A stretch of DNA of 64,000 nucleotides from an uncultured Alphaproteobacteria bacterium (lineage in GTDB: Bacteria > Pseudomonadota > Alphaproteobacteria > CAAGCB01 > CAG-977), in contig CALXTY010000001.1 of assembly GCA_944391535.1 (NCBI GenBank), forward strand, positions 20 to 64,019, read 5' to 3'. Within the stretch, counting starts at the first letter, position 1; each line of letters starts with the position of its first letter. Position numbers and translations under genes: made by a program. Of the stretch, positions 58,904 through 64,000 are shown piece after piece. The notes under the pieces were generated by a model. It saw only the letters and a list, made by a program, of their open reading frames with translations, did not search any database and was not told the origin of the DNA.

Positions 58904-60319
58904 TTAAGCATCTGTATTTTCATCATATTCTTCTGTTGGTAATTTTCTAATCTTATCAGATAAATGATCAACGAAAGACCTTAATTGTTCTAAACATTCA
59001 TCATAAGTAATTATACGCACATTTTTTTGATTATTTCTATAAAGTTCAAATGAGCGTTTATGAGATTTTTCAGTTAAACTGTTTAATTTTCCAACAATCA
59101 ACAATCCTTGAACATTATAGGCTTCAATATTTTTTTCTTCTGTCTCATGTGCTAGATTTGCAATATTAGTTTCAAGGTTATATTTTTGTGCTAAGAATTG
59201 AGATATTGCACCTGATAATTCATCAGACGGCGCAAAAACATCTGTTCCTCTATATGGTGTAATTTCTAATAACTTTGTAGATGGTTTCTTTATTTCAACA
59301 ATAAATGTATTATTTACAATTTTATGTTTTAGCAAAAAGTCAGGATATTTTCCATTGGTATTGTCAAACGATTTTCCACCAACATATGCTTGACTTTTAA
59401 ATTGTATATAAGGAGACCCCGCAAACAACGTCAACAACATAGGATTTTTTTGTAAAAAGTCTTGGTAACATTCCTCTTTGTGATTACCGCTAATTAAAAT
59501 CTCAAATTCATTTTTTAGAGCAGTCAGATATCCGAAGTCGATATTATCTTTTATTGCTAAAAGCCCCTCTTTATCTGCTGATGATATGTTTGATTTTTGG
59601 AAATCAACATTTCTAAGCGTCTTATATATAACATCCTTTTTTAGAGGAACTTTCTTTTCTGGATATTTCGTAGGAGCCAATTTATGTAAAATTTCTGAAT
59701 ACACAAATAAGGATTTACTGAAAGAAATTTCATCTCTCCCCTTTTCAACAATTCTATCAAGTCCACGTCTTATGGCATCTAAGTCCATATCATTTATAGT
59801 TATAGATGTTTCATTTACTTCTGATATACCATTTTTATTTATAATTAACTCAGAACAATTAGGTTGTTCTTCTGATATTTTTCGGGCAATTATATGATAT
59901 TCTCTTCTAAATCCCAATCCCTGAACAAGTGTAGATAAAAAAAGTTTTGGTAATCCTTTTAAAACACTAAATTTTCCATCATCACTTTTTTCTATACTAA
60001 TTTTATATCCATTAAAAATAATTCTTTCTATACCGTATTTTGGGAGTAAGAAATTTGGACTCTGTGCAAAAGTATTAAATGGATAAATTTTTGTAATTTT
60101 GTTTTTTGTATCAATTTCTAAAAGTAATTTGATGTGTTTTTTGTCCGTTTTTTCATCTTCTATAATGACGTCAGTTACGCTATCTATATAGGAATAAAAA
60201 CATTTTATTCTGCCATTATCTTCCTCTATCTTTATTCGTTCTTCTGCTGATTTCACTACGTCAAAATCAAGACCATCAGCGTCAAAATCGTCAAAGTTTA
60301 TTTCTTCTGTTGCATCCAT
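58904..60319 (-). CDS. Shedu-like defence protein (C-terminal DUF4263 PD-(D/E)xK nuclease domain, divergent N-terminal domain)
   Basis: C-terminal YPDFLL...TFIVEIKKP...GAISQ gives D / ExK / Q motifs in the order typical of DUF4263. Looks strongly AT-rich by eye. Lies 168 bp downstream of gajB on the same strand. Confidence 0.5.
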   Translation of the reverse strand: MDATEEINFDDFDADGLDFDVVKSAEERIKIEEDNGRIKCFYSYIDSVTDVIIEDEKTDKKHIKLLLEIDTKNKITKIYPFNTFAQSPNFLLPKYGIERIIFNGYKISIEKSDDGKFSVLKGLPKLFLSTLVQGLGFRREYHIIARKISEEQPNCSELIINKNGISEVNETSITINDMDLDAIRRGLDRIVEKGRDEISFSKSLFVYSEILHKLAPTKYPEKKVPLKKDVIYKTLRNVDFQKSNISSADKEGLLAIKDNIDFGYLTALKNEFEILISGNHKEECYQDFLQKNPMLLTLFAGSPYIQFKSQAYVGGKSFDNTNGKYPDFLLKHKIVNNTFIVEIKKPSTKLLEITPYRGTDVFAPSDELSGAISQFLAQKYNLETNIANLAHETEEKNIEAYNVQGLLIVGKLNSLTEKSHKRSFELYRNNQKNVRIITYDECLEQLRSFVDHLSDKIRKLPTEEYDENTDA

Positions 60320-60487
60320 TGTTCAGACTCCAATCAGCTTTATATTTTCTTTGAGAGATAACCTAAAGTTTAATCGACGTAAAGGTGTAATTAGAATTAA
60401 TTTTTTGAAGCTTTCAAGGCTATTATCAGATTAAAAAAATTGATATACGAAACAATCGAATCTGTTTGATTTTCGACAAAATCTATT

Positions 60488-62242
60488 TTAAGTGAGATTG
60501 GTTTTTTTTTGGAGATATTGAGTATAAGTAAAATAGTTTTTCTCCCCGACAAGATTAAGTAGAAACGATTTGAATTTATCGTCAATAGGTATAGATACAA
60601 ACAGAAATAACCTTTTTTTAGGCCTAGAACAGCATACATAAAACAAATTACGGTTTCTCTCAAAAGAAGGTTTGTCTTTTTCAGGAATGTCAGATTCTTT
60701 TGTAAACAGAGGGACAAACTTTTCAAACTGATAAAGATTCCATCCTTTGCTGATTACGAAAACAACATTTTCATATTCTTCTCCTTTAACGCCATGTTCC
60801 GTAGAAAAGAGAGCTTCGGGATACAAAAAATCTATAGCGGCCAAAAATTGTGAGTAATCTAAATCTAGAAATGATTGAACAGAGGTATCTGAAAAATATA
60901 TTGTTTCAGGCGCATTATGGTAGATACCATACCATTTATCCAATTCTGGGGATGTTGGGATTAGCTTCATTTGATATATAATTTCAATAATATCAATGGC
61001 TTTTTTGCTTCGAGCTTTTTCTAATCTTTTTTGAAAAATTTTCCATTTACTTTTTTCGGATTTCTTAGTAATTGGATATCTCTTAATTTTAAGTGTATCA
61101 AAAAGCAGCTGCATATTGGATGTTTCGAGGGCGTTGTAGATTGGTTCAACTATGTTCATAAAAAACAAAAGAAAAGGATCTTCTTTATTTTTTAAACTAT
61201 CTTTTAGAATGTATAAAAGTTTTTCATAACCTTGTTGCATAGCAAGAACGTTATGCGTAATCATTAAAACTTTCATCTTTTCGTCACTGGCTATATCTTG
61301 CGCTATTTTTTCAGTAATTTTAGTTAATCGGATTTTTAACTCTTCTGATGGTAAATCATCTTTAAAACTACGGTCTGTACGGCGAACACCGGTATAATCC
61401 TCACATGTGATTACAGTAACCTCACCTTGAAAATCATCAATTGCAGATATTTGTGGCAGGCTTGGACGAAGAATACTTAAAAGCTCAACGATTTTTGGCG
61501 CAGATCTAAAATTGGATTTTTTTTCTATGACTTTTAGATTTCCGTGTTCAATAATACCACATGCTTTGTTGGATTGATATATAGTTTGCCACGCATCTCC
61601 GAAAAAACCAAATTGAGGAGCTTTATTTTCAGAAATAAAATATTTAATGAAACGTTCAATAATCGGATTATAAGAATCTTGATACTCATCAATCAGAATT
61701 AAAGGGTATTTACTTGAAAATATATGGCGAAATTTTGCATTATCCAAAAGCTTGCAAAATAAATCCAACACTTCATTGTGGTAAAGAAACCGAATACCGT
61801 TTTCTATATATCGGTGTCCTAAAGTATATGTAACTTCAGAAATCTCGTCTGATTCATCTTGATGATCTATTATGAAGTTTGAATCTGTTTTAACAGCATT
61901 AATAAGAAAGCTCTGATACTGCTTGATTGCATTCCAAGCAAAGGAATGTATTGTAGAAGGAATAATGAAAGAATCTTTTGGTAATCTTTCTGTTATTACA
62001 TCAACGGCTGCATTTGTATAAGTGATGCAAACTATATTCTGCTTTCTTTTGTTATATTCAGCCCATTTGTTCGATTGAAGCCATTCAATGGCCTTATTAA
62101 GGGAGTAGGTTTTACCAGAACCCGCGCCAGCTTCAACACGAAAACTTTTTCCTTCTTGTAATGCTTCTATAATCTGTTGATCCGCTTTATCGGCTTCGGC
62201 TTTTGCGTGTTCATAATTAGAACTGTATTGATTTTTGTCCAT
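60488..62242 (-). CDS. gajB: Gabija GajB, UvrD/PcrA-like helicase
   Basis: SF1 helicase motifs I (GAGSGKTYSL), Ia (CITYTNAAVDVITERL) and II (LILIDEYQDS). Immediately downstream of an OLD-family ATPase-TOPRIM gene. Confidence 0.7.
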   Translation of the reverse strand: MDKNQYSSNYEHAKAEADKADQQIIEALQEGKSFRVEAGAGSGKTYSLNKAIEWLQSNKWAEYNKRKQNIVCITYTNAAVDVITERLPKDSFIIPSTIHSFAWNAIKQYQSFLINAVKTDSNFIIDHQDESDEISEVTYTLGHRYIENGIRFLYHNEVLDLFCKLLDNAKFRHIFSSKYPLILIDEYQDSYNPIIERFIKYFISENKAPQFGFFGDAWQTIYQSNKACGIIEHGNLKVIEKKSNFRSAPKIVELLSILRPSLPQISAIDDFQGEVTVITCEDYTGVRRTDRSFKDDLPSEELKIRLTKITEKIAQDIASDEKMKVLMITHNVLAMQQGYEKLLYILKDSLKNKEDPFLLFFMNIVEPIYNALETSNMQLLFDTLKIKRYPITKKSEKSKWKIFQKRLEKARSKKAIDIIEIIYQMKLIPTSPELDKWYGIYHNAPETIYFSDTSVQSFLDLDYSQFLAAIDFLYPEALFSTEHGVKGEEYENVVFVISKGWNLYQFEKFVPLFTKESDIPEKDKPSFERNRNLFYVCCSRPKKRLFLFVSIPIDDKFKSFLLNLVGEKNYFTYTQYLQKKTNLT

Positions 62243-62256
62243 AAATAAATTCCTTC

Positions 62257-64000
62257 CTATTCAAGAACTTTCTGGTCATTAAGCCACTTTAATCCAGATT
62301 TAATATACGCAGGAATGGTATATTCATGATATTCGTATATAAGTTTAAGGGCAAAAGTCGTTTTGCTTTTTTCATTAAATTCCAGATCGTCTTCGGTTGG
62401 GGGATCATTCAATTTATAATATTCGCGATTAACATTCCTAATTGCTTCCTCTAAAGAATGACCGCACAATCCGTTTTCCATTGTTTGAAATTCAATGTGG
62501 CATTTGTCTTTAGTTTTATCGTCGGGAGACATTGTTACAATGTCATTCAGAGTGATTTTCGTTTTATCATCTTCTGAAGACTGCTTGTTCCTACGAATCC
62601 ACCATTTTAATGTTTCATTGGATGTTGTATCGCCACTAGAAACAGGGGAAGATTTATAATATTTTTTCCCGTTTCTAGTTTGTTCCGACATAGAATCCAA
62701 ATCGGTAAGAATAAGGCATGGAATACCTAAAAACTCAGCAAAAGGAATAAACTTATAAGCATATGCCCCTCCAATTTCTATTAAAGCATAATACTGAGCA
62801 GGCAACTTATATTTTTGAGAATCGAAAATGCCTTCTTCCCCGCACTTTTCAATCATATCAGGTAGCAACAGACGTTCTGACGCACCTTCAACAAAGATAG
62901 CTTTATCAGCAAAAAATAAATCACATTTGGTTAGAGTAAGGTATTTTCTAATAAAATCGATGTTGTCAGAATGTTTCTGAGCAAATGTATTCAAATTTTT
63001 ATAAACAACCCCTGTTTTTGTTTTCTGAGCATACCGTATTTTCGAGAAAACCATAGTATTTGCGATGTGAGCAGAATGAGATGTCAAAAAAGTCTGAATT
63101 TTTACAGAGGTAATTTTTTTTAGAAAAGCTTCTAAGTAATCTGCAAAGGCGTGTTGCATCTGTGGATGCATATGTGACTCAGGTTCTTCAATGAATAATA
63201 ACGGAATGCAAGCTGTTCCGCATTGTTCCACTTCCTTTGCAAACGCTGCGAGAAGAAATTCCATTTTAATCAAATTCTTATACCCAAGACCATTAGAAGA
63301 ACCGGGGAGAAATTCTTCACTGTTCCCAGCTGTATAGGAAAGCCGTGTCTGATTTATTATTTGATCATTAATGTTTAATTGAGTTGTAACGCCTAATTGA
63401 AGTTCTTCGCCATTGGGATACCCAAAACCAATTGCACTACTTACAAGCTCACCCAGAATTTGATCACTTAGTTGCTGAATGTCTTTATTTGCTTTTTCGA
63501 CAGCGGAACGTAATTGCTTTATTTTTTTTGAAACATCTGAACCTAATTCATCTTCACTACGTTCAAAGAATTTTGAAATTAGTTCTAATAAAGAATCTTT
63601 TTGTGTCCCATCTTCTCCGAGAGAGCGTTCTGCTGGAATAATATCGTAAGGGAAAAGCTCTTTTAATTCTTTATATGATTTAAGCTGTTTTTCTTCAGGG
63701 TGCTTAGGGTTTACTGCATATACAGTAAATTCAAAAAGATTTTGAAAATTGGTAATAATAGTATTATGTGCATCTGTTTTAGGGGAAAAGGAGCCATCTT
63801 TATAATAGCTTTCTTCTAAAAGATTAAATAATTTCTTCTCATCTGATTTTAATTTAAATTCCACGCGGATCAGAGCTTCGTTTATACTCTCATCTACATC
63901 AATGATAAAAGGTGATAATGCGCCTAAATTATCACCCGAGGCCTCTAAAGAATAATTTACAAAAAACTCTATAGATATAGGCTCAATCTGCTCACATAAT
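62257..64000 (-). CDS. gajA: Gabija GajA, OLD-family ABC-ATPase + TOPRIM nuclease (5'-partial; N-terminus beyond window end)
   Basis: Walker B/D-loop LLFIEEPESHMHPQMQ, a C-terminal TOPRIM motif FVEGASERLLLPD, and DxD. The reading frame stays open to nt 64000. Precedes the UvrD-like gene by 14 nt. Confidence 0.7.
   Translation of the reverse strand, partial: LCEQIEPISIEFFVNYSLEASGDNLGALSPFIIDVDESINEALIRVEFKLKSDEKKLFNLLEESYYKDGSFSPKTDAHNTIITNFQNLFEFTVYAVNPKHPEEKQLKSYKELKELFPYDIIPAERSLGEDGTQKDSLLELISKFFERSEDELGSDVSKKIKQLRSAVEKANKDIQQLSDQILGELVSSAIGFGYPNGEELQLGVTTQLNINDQIINQTRLSYTAGNSEEFLPGSSNGLGYKNLIKMEFLLAAFAKEVEQCGTACIPLLFIEEPESHMHPQMQHAFADYLEAFLKKITSVKIQTFLTSHSAHIANTMVFSKIRYAQKTKTGVVYKNLNTFAQKHSDNIDFIRKYLTLTKCDLFFADKAIFVEGASERLLLPDMIEKCGEEGIFDSQKYKLPAQYYALIEIGGAYAYKFIPFAEFLGIPCLILTDLDSMSEQTRNGKKYYKSSPVSSGDTTSNETLKWWIRRNKQSSEDDKTKITLNDIVTMSPDDKTKDKCHIEFQTMENGLCGHSLEEAIRNVNREYYKLNDPPTEDDLEFNEKSKTTFALKLIYEYHEYTIPAYIKSGLKWLNDQKVLE

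Overview
The gene content and synteny indicate a gammaproteobacterial chromosome segment. The evidence is recR-ybaB-dnaX, fabD-fabG-acpP-fabF-mltG, kdsB, rimO and oadGAB. Many Sel1-repeat proteins and DsbD give it a Legionellales-like, host-associated flavour; this is inference and the species cannot be named. Order of content along the + strand:
- The 3' end of a prophage (1..~2910): partial structural gene, then a holin / GH24 endolysin / i-spanin with embedded o-spanin lysis cassette and a terminator.
- Sel1 proteins around dsbD.
- A PP-loop protein overlapping a murD that lies outside any dcw cluster (candidate murL-murD2).
- recR-ybaB-dnaX.
- The fab cluster, then mltG and a Sel1-SPOR gene.
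- A Chlamydia-type aaxABC-like arginine decarboxylase, antiporter and porin module.
- A hisH/hisF-paralog, UbiA prenyltransferase and YgjV-like operon ending at tRNA-Lys(CTT).
- GNAT, a GT-C-like membrane protein and an NPP-family phosphoesterase.
- sstT, kdsB, rimO.
- An Rrf2 regulator divergent from cysK.
- Two unknown secreted proteins.
- A conserved but uncharacterised DUF2157/DUF4401/GDYXXLXY membrane triad.
- A second GT-C-like paralog, tdk, oadGAB.
- Two tandem TPR-methyltransferase paralogs, nhaA.
- An internally deleted IS200 remnant.
- A HExxH protein and a PD-(D/E)xK-like protein, trmN6, tRNA-Ala(GGC).
- An apparently horizontally acquired segment: HU, ArdC antirestriction, a Shedu-like DUF4263 nuclease, and a Gabija defence system. 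The Gabija genes are gajB plus a 5'-truncated gajA running off the window end. This final stretch looks strongly AT-rich by eye.
No CRISPR array or rRNA was seen. The most notable candidates are the defence island at the tRNA-Ala end, the DUF2157/DUF4401/GDYXXLXY triad, and the murL-murD2 pair. A possible lipid-linked glycan pathway is a further candidate; it comprises the UbiA enzyme, the HisH/HisF paralogs, the two GT-C-like proteins and the NPP-family enzyme.
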